64,000 bases of DNA from Octopus bimaculoides (GCF_001194135.2 NC_068998.1:36400768-36464767); one strand, 5' to 3'; shown: positions 25,234 to 37,864, numbered from the stretch's first letter. Notes: generated from the sequence alone by a model not told the origin. Made by a program: numbers and translations.

Positions 25234-26159
25234 AATAATAATAATAATAATAATAACTGCTCCATTTGGAACAGCTACGATTTTGAGATTGGTGCTTGGA
25301 TGTTGAGTGTCTTCTACGATAAGTTGACATCCAGGTACCAAATCTTATAATTTGCTGAAACAGGCCCTGTGAGACTTCTGACTTCACTCGCCTTATATCC
25401 TTATTTTTGAACTGAGGCAGGAATTCAGTCCGGATGCTGTTGGCTCCAGCGTATGAGATTTTTCTTGATTTTAGCTTTGTTTACGTAATTGTTGTTGTTG
25501 AGTTTCTTCATTATTCTTGTTGCTTTCGTTAGTGTTATTGTTATTGCTGTCATTGTTTATGCTATTGTTGATCGTGATGCCTTTACTTTTTTTCAATCAA
25601 CTTCTCGCTGACATTTTCAACATTTTTCGTGTTGGTCTTGTCGATATTGACATTTTTATCTTTTACATCTTCTATAGAATAACTTTTCTTCCTGTGTTTG
25701 TTGTTATTGCCACTGCTGTTTGTCTTTTGTTTGTGCTGTTCTGGTAACTGGTGATCTCAAGGTTCTTCTAATTGCCGTTGATGATATCGTCGTTGTTGTT
25801 GCTGTTGTTGTTGTTGTTTATAGCCGTGCCTTTTTCTTATTGGTGTTGTCAGACTTATCACTTATAAATTTGTTTATTCTATAACTCCAGAAAGACTTCA
25901 AATAAAATAGCTTCATAGATTTAGAAAGCAACATTTTCAGTTCAGACGACAGCTTTGGTTTTTCGAGTAAAATGGAAAACATCAACGCTTTTCAGTCTTC
26001 AAACGTTCGGTTTATTGACATTTTAAATAAAATATTATTTGTCAGCTGGCCGCAGACGACTGGAAAATATAATTGTGCTTTCTCTAATATACAAGTTTAT
26101 AAACACTATTTTCTCAGCAAGTGTTTTAAATTATGCTAACGGTGAAAATTTCAACTTTC

Positions 26160-27455
26160 ATGTGAAGAAGGCTAGAAGAACGCATCGTTTATTATACACA
26201 GACAAAGCAGTTCTAAATGAAGTAAAATCTAGAAAGAAAAATTTAACAATAGCATCGATAGGTTATAAGAAAGCCTATGATATGATTCCACACTCATGCA
26301 TAAGTGAATGTTTGCGTTATATTCTGTGTTGCATACAACATAAGGGAATTAACTAGCTTTAGCATGAAGACATGGAAAGTAGATCTCTATTCAGGCGACA
26401 CAGCGTTTGAGAAAGTTAATATCGACAGAAGGATTTTCCAAGGAAACCCTTTATCTCCTTTAATATTTGTCTTATGTTTACTCCCCTTCAGTTTAGTATT
26501 AAGGAAGGCAAAGGGAGAATGTCAGTTCAGAAATAGTAAGGGAAAAATTAGCCATTTGCTCTACATGGCTGATCTGAAGCTTTTTAATGAGTATGAAATA
26601 GAGAGATATTCCTTAATACAAACTAGTAGTTTTCAGCAAAGATATAGGCATGGAATTTGGCATAGATAAGTGTGCAATATTAGTCATGAAAAAGGGACAA
26701 GTAGTCACTTCCAGTGAAGGCATCCAATTACCAGCTGGCCAGACATTAATAACACTGAAAGAAGGAGAGAGTTACAAGTATCTAGGGGTATTAGAATCTG
26801 AGAGAGTAATAACTAGAAATGAAATCAAAAATTGAGAAGGAGTACATCAGAAGGCTGAGGAAGCTAATGAAGTCAAAGCTAGATGGTCCGAATCTTAGGA
26901 AGGCTGTAAATACTTACGCAGTGTCGTTACTTAGATACACAGCAGCTTTTGAAGATTGGACAAAATCTAAATGAGCAACTCTAGACAGGAGAACTAGGAA
27001 GGAATTCAATACGAATGGAGGACTTCACCCAAGAACAGGAGTAGCAAGATTATACTTACCTAGAAAGGAAGGTGGAAGAGGTTTAATATCAGTAGAAGAT
27101 TGCGTGGAGTTAGAGAAGACCAAACATTGAGGACTAATTAGATAAATCCAAGATAGATAAAAACCAAGTAGATTCCCAATGAAGGTTATGTAACTCAAAA
27201 GAGGAAAGCGTTACTCATATAGTAAGTGAATGTAGCATGCTGGTACTGGAAGAATAAAAGAAAAGACTTGACAACCTAAGGAGAGTAATCCTCTGGGAGT
27301 TATGTAGAAAGCTAGGATTTGACCAAACTGACTATACTGATAATTGGTATGGACATGAACGTAGTAAAATACGAGAAAGCAAGAAATATAAGATGTGGGA
27401 ATTTAACATTCATACGGACAGAGTAGTAGAAGCTAAAATACCTGATTTAGTGGCA
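26160..27455 (+). mobile_element. R4/Dong-like LINE: RT, zinc knuckle and start of RLE endonuclease, decayed
   Basis: LLYTDKAV..KKNLTIASIGYKKAYDMIPHS, IFQGNPLSPLIF, HLLYMADLKL, YKYLGVLE, RLYLPRKEGGRGL, RLC...VTHIVSEC, ILWELCRKLG, WEFNIHTDRVVEAKIPDLV. Ends where a SINE C tail begins. Confidence 0.9.
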
Positions 27456-27721
27456 GTTGTTGGCACTCCATCGCTTACGACGTCGAGGGTTCCAGTTGAT
27501 CCGATCAACGGAACAGCCTGCTCGTGAAATTAACGTGCAAGTGGCTGAGCACTCCACAGACATGTGTACCCTTAACGTAGTTCTCAGAGATATTCAGCGT
27601 GACAAGGCTGACCCTTTGAATTACAGGCACAACAGAAACAGAAAGTAAGAGTGAAAGAAAGTTGTGGTGAAAGAGTACAGCAGGGTTCGCCACCATCCCC
27701 TGCCGGAGCCTCGTGGAGCTT
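27456..27721 (-). mobile_element. SINE family C (runs into N gap)
   Basis: Near-identical to 44000-44270. Confidence 0.9.
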
Positions 27722-28527
27722 NNNNNNNNNNNNNNNNNNNNNNNNNNNNNNNNNNNNNNNNNNNNNNNNNNNNNNNNNNNNNNNNNNNNNNNNNNNNNNN
27801 NNNNNNNNNNNNNNNNNNNNNNNNNNNNNNNNNNNNNNNNNNNNNNNNNNNNNNNNNNNNNNNNNNNNNNNNNNNNNNNNNNNNNNNNNNNNNNNNNNNN
27901 NNNNNNNNNNNNNNNNNNNNNNNNNNNNNNNNNNNNNNNNNNNNNNNNNNNNNNNNNNNNNNNNNNNNNNNNNNNNNNNNNNNNNNNNNNNNNNNNNNNN
28001 NNNNNNNNNNNNNNNNNNNNNNNNNNNNNNNNNNNNNNNNNNNNNNNNNNNNNNNNNNNNNNNNNNNNNNNNNNNNNNNNNNNNNNNNNNNNNNNNNNNN
28101 NNNNNNNNNNNNNNNNNNNNNNNNNNNNNNNNNNNNNNNNNNNNNNNNNNNNNNNNNNNNNNNNNNNNNNNNNNNNNNNNNNNNNNNNNNNNNNNNNNNN
28201 NNNNNNNNNNNNNNNNNNNNNNNNNNNNNNNNNNNNNNNNNNNNNNNNNNNNNNNNNNNNNNNNNNNNNNNNNNNNNNNNNNNNNNNNNNNNNNNNNNNN
28301 NNNNNNNNNNNNNNNNNNNNNNNNNNNNNNNNNNNNNNNNNNNNNNNNNNNNNNNNNNNNNNNNNNNNNNNNNNNNNNNNNNNNNNNNNNNNNNNNNNNN
28401 NNNNNNNNNNNNNNNNNNNNNNNNNNNNNNNNNNNNNNNNNNNNNNNNNNNNNNNNNNNNNNNNNNNNNNNNNNNNNNNNNNNNNNNNNNNNNNNNNNNN
28501 NNNNNNNNNNNNNNNNNNNNNNNNNNN
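27722..28527. other. Assembly gap (others: 1725-1943, 2757-2766, 4948-5141, 11027-11225, 17578-17716, 30092-30118, 37536-37760, 42439-42498, 44285-44564, 50470-50682, 55216-56067)
   Basis: Runs of N; all X-containing ORFs are artefacts. Confidence 1.
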
Positions 28528-28840
28528 TTCATCATTTCGGGGGTCGATTAAATAAGTACCAGTTACACACTGGGGTCGATGTAATCGACTCAATCCCTTT
28601 GTCTGTCCTTGTCTGTTCCCTCTATGTTTAGCCCCTTGTGGGCAATAACGAAATAGGTATTTCATCTGCCGCTACTTTCTGAGTTCAAATTCCGCCGAGG
28701 TCGACTTTGCCTTTCATCATTTCGGGGGTCGATTAAATAAGTACCAGTTACACACTGGGGTCGATGTAATCGACTCAATCCCTTTGTCTGTCCTTGTTTG
28801 TCCCCTCTATGTTTGGCCCCTTGTTGGCAATAAAGAAATA
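28528..28840 (+). mobile_element. Tandem dimer of SINE family A2 (period 185 bp)
   Basis: ttcatcatttcgggggtcgattaaataagtaccagttacacactgg at 28528 and 28713. Confidence 0.9.
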
Positions 28841-28854
28841 AAAAATAATGATAA

Positions 28855-29010
28855 TAATAACGGTTTCAAATTTTGGTACAAGGCTCCATATTTAGAGGAC
28901 GCGGCTTAGTCGATCATATCGATTCCAGTGTCCAACTGTTATCTTTTTATCGACTCCGAAATCATGAAAACAAAGTCGACCTCGGTGGAACTGGAAACAA
29001 TACGTAAAGA
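28855..29010 (-). mobile_element. SINE family A, diverged
   Basis: aaagtcgacctcggtggaa core on the minus strand. Confidence 0.65.
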
Positions 29011-29614
29011 GCAGTAACTACTGTATATTATTTAGTTAGAGCTCTTCGTTCATGGTTATAAAATCTACAAGCAAACTATAAAAATATCTCTTGATGACTG
29101 ATGAATATTTAGACAGGATGAAACCTATTTAATAAACCTAATAAAACAGGTGATAAATTTAGCCAAGACATAAACACGAGTATTTGATGCAATAAATGTG
29201 CTAGAAGTACTATATTAAGAGGCAAATTAACTTTAATTGCGAACATAAAGCGAAACACAGACAGAGAAATCTGAGAATTAGAGCGGAACGAGCCAAAGAA
29301 ATACTTAGGATCTGGTGCAGTTTATAAGATACAATACATAAATGAAAGTAAAAATTAAAAGAAAATACTATGAAGCTTCAGGCTAATACTGGCTTCAAAT
29401 TTTGGCACAAGGCCAGCAATTTCGGGGGAAGAAAAAAGAAACGATAGGAAAAATTATTAAAGGTATAAATATACTAGCCATCCAATTTATGAAATAAAAT
29501 TTCAACATGATAATTGGATGAGAAATGAGCAGAAGAATTCTGAGAGAAAGAAAGAAAATCAATTAAAAGAAAGAACCTACTAACAACGTTCGGAAGTTTC
29601 CGCCTCGGAGCAAA

Positions 29615-29915
29615 TATTCTATCTTTTATCTTTCATTTGCTCTATTCATTAGACTGCGGCCTTGCTGGGGCACCACATTGAGGAATTTTGGTCGAATGAA
29701 TCGACCTCAGTAGTTTAATTTTTTCAAAGCCTGATATTCATTCTATCAGTCTCTATTTCCGAACCGGTAAGTTACGCCGGGGGGGGGGGTCGTAAACACA
29801 CCAACACCGGTTGTCAAGTGGTAGTAGGGGAAAAACACAGACACAAAGACAGTTAAATATATATACGACAGGCTTCTTTCACTTTTCATCTACCAAATCC
29901 ACTCACAAAGCTTTC
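29615..29915 (-). mobile_element. SINE family B, 3' half
   Basis: gactgcggccttgctggggcacc, cgaaccggtaagttac and ccaacaccggttgtcaag motifs. Confidence 0.75.
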
Positions 29916-29981
29916 CCACAACATTGTGTTCAGATTTATTAGATTAAAAAAAAAACATATTGTCTATTAAAATTTTCATCT

Positions 29982-30118
29982 GCAGGAGTGACTGTGTGGT
30001 TAAAAGCTTGTTTCTCAACACATGGTTCTGAGTTCAGTCCCACTGCGTGGAACCTTGGGCAAGTGTCTTCTATTATAGCCTCGGACCAACCNNNNNNNNN
30101 NNNNNNNNNNNNNNNNNN

Positions 30119-30202
<84 letters not shown>

Positions 30203-30420
30203 ATATATGTATATATGTATATATGTGTGTGTTTGTGTGTCTGTGTTTGTACCCCCATTATCGCTTGACAACTGATGTTGGTGTGTTTACGTTCCCGTAA
30301 CCTAGCAGTTCGATAAAAGAGACCGATAGAATAAGTTCTGGGATCGATTTGTTCGACTCAAGGCGGTGCTCCAGCATGGCTGCAGTCAAATGACTGAAAC
30401 AAGTAAAAAGAATAAAAGAA
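29982..30420 (+). mobile_element. SINE family B, full length with internal (TA)n(TG)n
   Basis: Head gcaggagtgactgtgtggt...cagtcccactgcgtggaaccttgggcaagtgtcttc (CORE-like start), microsatellite, tail ggtgctccagcatggctgcagtcaaatgactgaaacaagtaaaaag. Confidence 0.9.
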
Positions 30421-30629
30421 TATGTTTCATTCTTCCTTTATATACATTAAATAGCCGTTTCTAACAAAACCAAAAGATTTTATATCTCAAAAATTTGATG
30501 TGATAGACAAAATCTAATGATAGATTTGGATTCAGCTAAAAACCATTGATAAACCTTGTGCCAGGAAACATGTGTTGACCTGTGTAATAACTGATGGCAT
30601 GTGTCATGTGATGAGCCAACATAAGTGGG

Positions 30630-30800
30630 ATCTTCTGACGTGTATGCTCAAGTTGAGCCGAGGTCAACTTTGCCTTTCATTGTTTCGGGTTCAATAAAAT
30701 AAGTTTACCAGTCAAGCACCAGGGTTGATGTAATCGACTGGTCTCTCCCATCAAAATTTTAGGCCTTGTAAAATAAGTACCAGTTGAGCACTGAGTCAAT
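30630..30800 (+). mobile_element. SINE family A, diverged
   Basis: gaggtcaactttgcctttcattgtttcggg core. Confidence 0.7.
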
Positions 30801-30869
30801 ATTACTTTAATTTGTATATTTCTATCTTTTTGTTTATTTTGATAGAATAGTCAGAAGAAGGAGAGCATC

Positions 30870-31295
30870 TTTGACTTATTATAAGGACTACGAGACTGAA
30901 AACCTGCCAATAAAAGAAACCGGACGCTTTTGACAGCCAATGTCTCCGGAAAATACTTGGCATCATATAGAACGATTTTATCAGCAACAAGGTCAGTAGA
31001 CGAGCAGACCAATGCCTAATGTTCACGACCATTTAAAGCGCCGACTAATTTGGCTGGGACATGTCGTGAGACTCAATATGAACAGACTCATCAAACAACA
31101 TCCTTAAGTAGAATCCTGAGAATCGCCGGCAGAAAGAATGTTCCTAGATAAGCAGGCACAAGATGATTGACAGGGACCTTCAACTAGTAAACCTACGATG
31201 GAATGATGTGCTGGGAATAACTGCTAACCGATTCTGCAAGAATACATTGACTGCCTCGTGCGTCGCCCGATGCGGGGCACCTAAGTCTTGGTAGG
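30870..31295 (+). mobile_element. RTE-like LINE 3' end fragment
   Basis: DSQCLRKILGI, KRRLIWLGHVVRL and DRDLQLVNLRWNDV motifs typical of the RTE ORF C-terminus. Confidence 0.75.
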
Positions 31296-32239
31296 AGCTA
31301 TCAGTGGAAGAGGGGTTGTTATAGTCAGACTAAATACTTGTTCTGAATATTTGCAGCAGAATGGACTTTGCTAAAGACACTCAAGAACTATGTGACAAAT
31401 CAAGCCCACCACTCGTAAAATGGCAATGAAGAAAACATGACATGCTGAAAGTAGTAGCCAATTCTCTCCCGAATAACACCCTAACAATTTTTAAAAATTA
31501 AAACTTAACCTTTAGAAAGGTAAAATCTAAAGAAAATGATATACTTAATCCATTATCTTGTTTAAAGCCATTACCTGATCCTAAGATTCCTTTAGAGGAG
31601 TCCTCAATGCTGTAAGCAACGCAGCCAGGTTTCTGGTTTGGGGATACCGTCTTTTCTGCCACAGGCTACCCAAAATTTCACGAGTACTACTTTCTCTCTT
31701 GCCTGAGTGATTAAAATATTGGGTAATATAATCCGAGATACAATATGTCTGAAGAACAGACAAAAATTAGAAAAACAAAAAAATTGTGATTGTCACGAAT
31801 GGAACACTTTTGATTACACATGTACTAGATTAGTAACTGGCCTAGAACCAAACAACCACAATAACTACTAATTTGTTATATCTATAATTAAAATTATGTA
31901 TAGATGCCAGCAAATCATAAATGGATGTACCCTCTGTTATATTTGTTGTTTATAATTTTCTACAATTCACTTACTTTATTAAATTTATTGATTATTTTCA
32001 AGAATTCTATTTAATCTTTTCTACCATAAACAACGTTTTATTTTATATTCTTTGCTAGTTTATGTCACTCTTTACTTTAATAAATATTGTTTACTAATTT
32101 TCTTTTTCATTAGGAATGTTCTGGAAGATAGTCTAATCTAAGAACATTATCTATTTGATCGTCTAACTTTAAATGTTCTAAGCTATTTTTCTTTTACATA
32201 ATTTTTTTTTTTTAGCTTTAGCTTTCAGCTTTTATGTTT

Positions 32240-32446
32240 GTGCGTATGTGTATGTTTGTGTGTGTATGTGTATGTATGTATGTATGTATGTATGTATATG
32301 TGTGCGTGTGTATATGTGTATGTATATATGTGTATATGTATGTATATATATATTTATATATATGCATACACACACACACATATATAACAAGGTTATATAT
32401 GTGTATGTATATATATGTGTGTTTGTGTATAAGTGTGTGTGTGTAT

Positions 32447-32530
<84 letters not shown>
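32240..32530. repeat. (TG)n/(TATG)n microsatellite block
   Basis: Seen directly. Confidence 0.9.
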
Positions 32531-32531
<1 letters not shown>

Positions 32532-32649
32532 CTCGCTGTCACTAACTACTGCCTAATTATATATGCCTGCTTAACTTTTGCATCAACAAAGTATAAACTG
32601 TCAACTATGATATTGCAGATATGGTTTTGTAGTTAACTTTTATATGTTA

Positions 32650-32990
32650 ATATAAAACTATTATATATCTTCAGGTCCGTTTCCACAGAGCTGGGTCTTC
32701 CTGATCTTGTGAGTAAAATATTTGGTAACAAGTGCAGAATAACCTCGGTTCTATCTGTTTATGATTCGTATATTTAACCCATCTTGAGTGCCTTTTGAGT
32801 GTGTCTTCTACGTCATAGACATTCGTGCTAAATCTAAGTCCTTAGAATTAATTCCAGCCTTTGTATCACCAATATCGGATGTCTTGAAAAAGAAAATTGA
32901 CGCTGCTCTTCGTTTTCTAACTTAGCCATGACAAAACGAGTCTAAAACTCTCTTTGTTAGTCTCTTGGCCCCTCTTACATTTTTCTCCCT
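32650..32990 (-). mobile_element. Tc1/mariner-like transposase N-terminal relic
   Basis: Broken minus frames: MAKLENEEQRQF, RWVKYT and TRSGRPSSV (RSGRP motif at about 32684-32710). Confidence 0.5.
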
Positions 32991-33409
32991 CGCTCTTAAC
33001 CCTCTCCATGTATGTATGTGTGTATGCATCCATGTCTTTCTGTTTGTCTGTCTGTTTGTATATATGTATGTTTATATAATTATCAGTCTTACATAGTTAT
33101 ATTTTTGTGGATTCATAGTAATTTGAAATATCTATTTACTCTATCTGCCATGAGAAATGCACCATAAAAGTTTGATAAAAAAATGTACTGTTATTGCATC
33201 AGCTATGATATTAAGCTGTGACGCGCATTTAGTTTGTGTGTAATCGCAGAAGAGTGAAGCCAAGAGACATACAATACGGCATGGACATCAGAAATTTCTT
33301 AATGAAATATGTCATGCACAGTTTGCTCAATGGAAACGTTGTGACATGCCATAACTAAAACAACGACGACGACCACAAGAACAACAGCAACAACAATAAG
33401 AGAATAAAA

Positions 33410-33635
33410 TAATAATCCTTCCTAGTATAGGTACAGGCTTGAAATTTTGAGGAGGGTGAGGAGTTTGTCAATTACATCGTTTGCAGTACTTAACTGCATA
33501 TTTTATTTATAGCACATATTTTATTGACTCCAAAAGACTGAAAGAAAAAGTTAATCTCGGCGGAATTTGATTTAGAACGGAGAAATGCATGAAAATTTTT
33601 GTCCGGCATGCTAACAATTCTACTAGATGGCCACC
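33410..33635 (-). mobile_element. SINE family A (tail variant A1)
   Basis: aataatccttcctagtataggtacaggcttgaaatttt tail and ggcggaatttga core. Confidence 0.7.
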
Positions 33636-34288
33636 TAAATAATGATAAACTTTGAGGAGAGAGGCAAATTAATTGAATCGAGTCCTTTGCGTGACTGGTA
33701 CGTACTATATCCTTCCAGATAAATAAATATTTTACGACTTGCCTGCCTCGGTAGACTATATACTGCCCCATGCATCAGCATGAGCCTCTTGAAATCAATT
33801 TTAAGGTCATATCCCTCTGAGCGTGAGGAAAATGTAAATCAGCTTTCTCCTTCCTGCTCCTAGCCATATGACGAAACAGTCTCCTTCATGACGTATCTGA
33901 ACTTATTTCTTTGATTGGAATTTGTCTATGTCTAGGAATTATTATATACTGGATGCCAAAGTTGGAAAGATTTTTTTGTTGTAAACGCTTTTATCCGTAT
34001 TAAAAAGCAAAACACAACCAAAAAAGAAATCTCATGTTTTTGTTGCAAAAGATTGTCTTTTTTTTCCAATATTTACGTCTAGCTTTCCTTCTTTTTTATG
34101 AGATTTCTGTGCCAATGCTTGTTTCATTGGCATGTATTACCAACTATTTCACCCAGTGGACGTAAAATTAATCAAGAAATTGCTGACGTTACTGAATCAA
34201 TTCGGACAAATTGACACAAAAACTTCGTAAAAAAAAAGAAAAAGAGTAGAGCGCTGTGAAAGGTATCTTTCCACAGTAAATAATAATG

Positions 34289-34382
<94 letters not shown>

Positions 34383-34383
34383 T

Positions 34384-34843
34384 AAATGGGCTACAGCAAA
34401 TATTCTGCTCAATACCACAGATTTGCCTGTCAGTTATTTGACCTTAACCATTTGAGCATGTCTCTTGGTGGTTGACAATATGTGCATCTCTGATCACGAG
34501 CAGAAGTAGTGGGGAAGCATCATAGGCATGTATTGAGAAGAATTCTTTGGGGTTTGAATAATTCACCTCTGGAAACATGGGTGTTTTGTTCAACATCCTT
34601 AAACAACCCTTATTCAAGGACCTTTTGAGCTGGATGGGTTACTCGACCTGGAGAATATCCTAACTGGGCCTCACCTGCAAGGTCATGCGCTTTTATCTTG
34701 ATATGAGATCTCCATACCGCGCACATATGTTTGTGATGCATGTGCCTAGTGCACCCTTATCAGACGGGTAGTCATGATGGGTATACTGGGTTTCGTATAT
34801 TTTACCCAATGTCACTTTGATGGCATGCGCTGCTCTCTCACTC
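34384..34843 (+). mobile_element. ~460-bp repeat embedded in (TAA)n; probable 3' end of a second microsatellite-associated non-LTR family
   Basis: Sharp junctions with (TAA)n at 34281-34383 and 34844-34868; begins KWATANILL, weakly like TAHILRK; GC-richer than the flanks. Confidence 0.55.
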
Positions 34844-34931
34844 AATAATAATAATAATAATAATAATTTTAACATTGTTACCAGCGCTCATTTATTCCTA
34901 AAATATGACGTATACAGATGTGTTGCAAAGT

Positions 34932-34979
<48 letters not shown>

Positions 34980-36289
34980 CACTTCTCTCTTATACCCACT
35001 ACCAAACAAAATACTCTTATATTTGTATCTATACAATCATCTCTTTATTCTTAACTCATCTCCACCTTGTTCCACCTGCATTTCCAGAAACATTTTCACC
35101 TGGTTCATAGAACACCCTTTTCGCCATTGTCTGTCTTTCTTCTTTATTTTCTCTGTACCTTGCTCTTCCATTCTTCTGCTGAAGGATTAACATGTTAAAC
35201 GTAAAAGCTCTTTATCTTTCCTTTACGACGTTAAGATAGTACCTTATTTATCAACCTTCGTATTTATGCTACACTTGTATCCTTATACTCGCATACATTC
35301 AGACGTATGTATATATGCGCATACGTACATTCATACGTACGTATATTGTTCCTAGAGACACAGACAGACAGACGCACACACATACACACATACACACACA
35401 CATACACACACCCATGCATATACTTATTTACACACACGCGCGCGCGCACACACACATACATACACATATGTATGTAGAGACGGACTAACGAAAGGAGAAA
35501 AAATACTAAATATAATATTAAAACGTTAAAAATGTCTTAATTACGCAAAATAATTTCACAAATATATAAATAAGGAAGTAATGATAATAATAATAATAAT
35601 AAGAAGAAGAAGAAGAGGAGGAGGAGGAGGAGGAGGAGGAGGAGGAGGAGACGAGATTTCAAATTATTTTGATAATGATATGATACGTTAATTAAACGAA
35701 CAAAAAAATTAACAAAATTCGAAATAATTAAAAAGTACAAAATTAGATAGAAAGAACGTTTATAGATATCTCAATAAATACTTAATTACATATGTATTTA
35801 TAATAATTGTAATTTAATTATTATATTTAATCTCATTGCTTAATTTAGGTTTTTACGCAACAGTTTTCTGAAAAAGTTTTGATTTCTTCTGACAAGGCCC
35901 GAGGCCAAATCGATTAAATAGATTGTAGTGTAATTAGTTATACATATAATTATTGATCGCAGAATGATAAAAGCAAAAGACAACATTGGGAAGGAAAGTA
36001 AGTAGGTGAAGTTAATTACTGCTGTAAGACAATATAACTCGGCGCTTTGCTACTTTTGCTGACATCTCGTTGATTTGATTCTGATTGTTATTGTTATTGT
36101 TTTACTTTAGCTACAGGTTATCCCTTATCATCCAAATCAGTAATCAAAGGTGTTGTAGCCAGGACTATTGCTTTGCTGGTATTTTGTTTATTTATAATTA
36201 TTTAAATGTTTCTTGAAGCCGAGAACTCAAAATGCTACCCACCTGGCTTCCAGAGAATGTAATTCTCTTCTGAACAATACGCCGGTTCG

Positions 36290-36482
36290 TTGTAGGGTTT
36301 AAAGCCAGTAATTTTTAGGAGAGGGGACAAGTCGATTATATCTACCCCACTACTTGACTGTCACCTTATCCTATCAATCTCGAAGAAATTAAAGGCAAAA
36401 TTAACCTCATCTCAATTAAATTCATCTCAAAACGTAAAGAGCCAGAATTTGTCCGACCTGCCAATTCTGCTAGCTTGCCGCC
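36290..36482 (-). mobile_element. SINE family A, diverged
   Basis: ggagaggggacaagtcgatt...aaggcaaaattaacctc...ctgctagcttgccg. Confidence 0.65.
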
Positions 36483-37157
36483 CTATAGGCATTTTACAGG
36501 ACTGCCTTTTTATAGAGATATATTATCCTCTCGCAAAATGGTTATTTGTGATCTGAAGGTGATTTTACTTCTATATCTAGCAGGTCAAGCAAAGTAGATT
36601 CTTGTAGTTCAGAGAAGCGTAAAGGAAGCGTGAATTATATTCTAGTTTCGTACCTCAACTGCGCTAAATCTGTTTGCTCTCAGAAAGCATCATTAGACGT
36701 TAGAGAAATATAACGAATATCACAACATCTTATTTTTTCATGCTCCAAGATATAGAGGAATTATAGCTAGTTACAGGAAGCAAACATTTCACGATCTGCA
36801 CTGTAAATGAAAGAGGTAAATTCTTAGCGAAACGAACCTGCGACATGATTTCAAGTCACTACTGAAGCTAACTTCTTTCAAATTATATAGAAACAAGGTT
36901 ATGTCATTTAGATATTTGCTTCATAAGTACGTGCTTGTGAGTTCGATTCAACTGAACTATAACTTGAGTAAGGGGCTTGTAATATAGCCGTTCATATAGT
37001 ACTATGTGAATAGAATTTAGTTGATAGACGTGCAGAAAAAGCTCAATGTCCTGTACCCAGATATGCATCTATATATACAGGTAGATGTAAGTATGTACAT
37101 ACATGTACGTATATATGCATATACTCATTTATATATATATATATATATATATACACA

Positions 37158-37380
37158 CTAGCAGCTAAGCCCAGTTTCACCCGGTCTGTTTAGATGATGT
37201 GGCTGTGATAGTTTTCGGTTAGGCATAATCTATAACAGCCTTTCTCAACCTTATCATTTCGGGTCCCCTGTTTCGATTGGAGCCTCCAGCTGTATGAAAA
37301 TTTCCTGAACCCACTTCCTTGTCAGAAAACAGCTACAGGAGTTGTGAAGAACGAATTTGTACGTAGTCTATTTCTGAGAA
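37158..37380 (-). mobile_element. Helitron-like 3' terminus
   Basis: Minus strand ...ccgggtgaaactgggcttagctgCTAG|T: short GC hairpin about 8 nt before CTAG, next to (TA)n; 5' end not found. Confidence 0.35.
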
Positions 37381-37864
37381 CTATTCTACTGGATCTCTGT
37401 CTAATCATTAAAACATTGATTTAATTATGAACATAGAAAGAAATTATACATTAATCCCTATTTTTGTAAGCAGTTGTATCCGTAAAAAATTCTATTTGCA
37501 GAGAGCAGAAATTGAAAGAAGATATATGAAATAATNNNNNNNNNNNNNNNNNNNNNNNNNNNNNNNNNNNNNNNNNNNNNNNNNNNNNNNNNNNNNNNNN
37601 NNNNNNNNNNNNNNNNNNNNNNNNNNNNNNNNNNNNNNNNNNNNNNNNNNNNNNNNNNNNNNNNNNNNNNNNNNNNNNNNNNNNNNNNNNNNNNNNNNNN
37701 NNNNNNNNNNNNNNNNNNNNNNNNNNNNNNNNNNNNNNNNNNNNNNNNNNNNNNNNNNNNCAGAGTGAATGAAGGTATGTGTCATGATGATTGACGTCTT
37801 TTAAGGTACACACACATACATAGAAAATGTCATCGTATAAAATTTTTACGATAAAATTTATTTA

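Noticed and set aside
27505-28665. Long ORFs of 280-386 aa (and similar ones at 55155-56144 and other gaps)
   Set aside because: They are runs of N read through as X.
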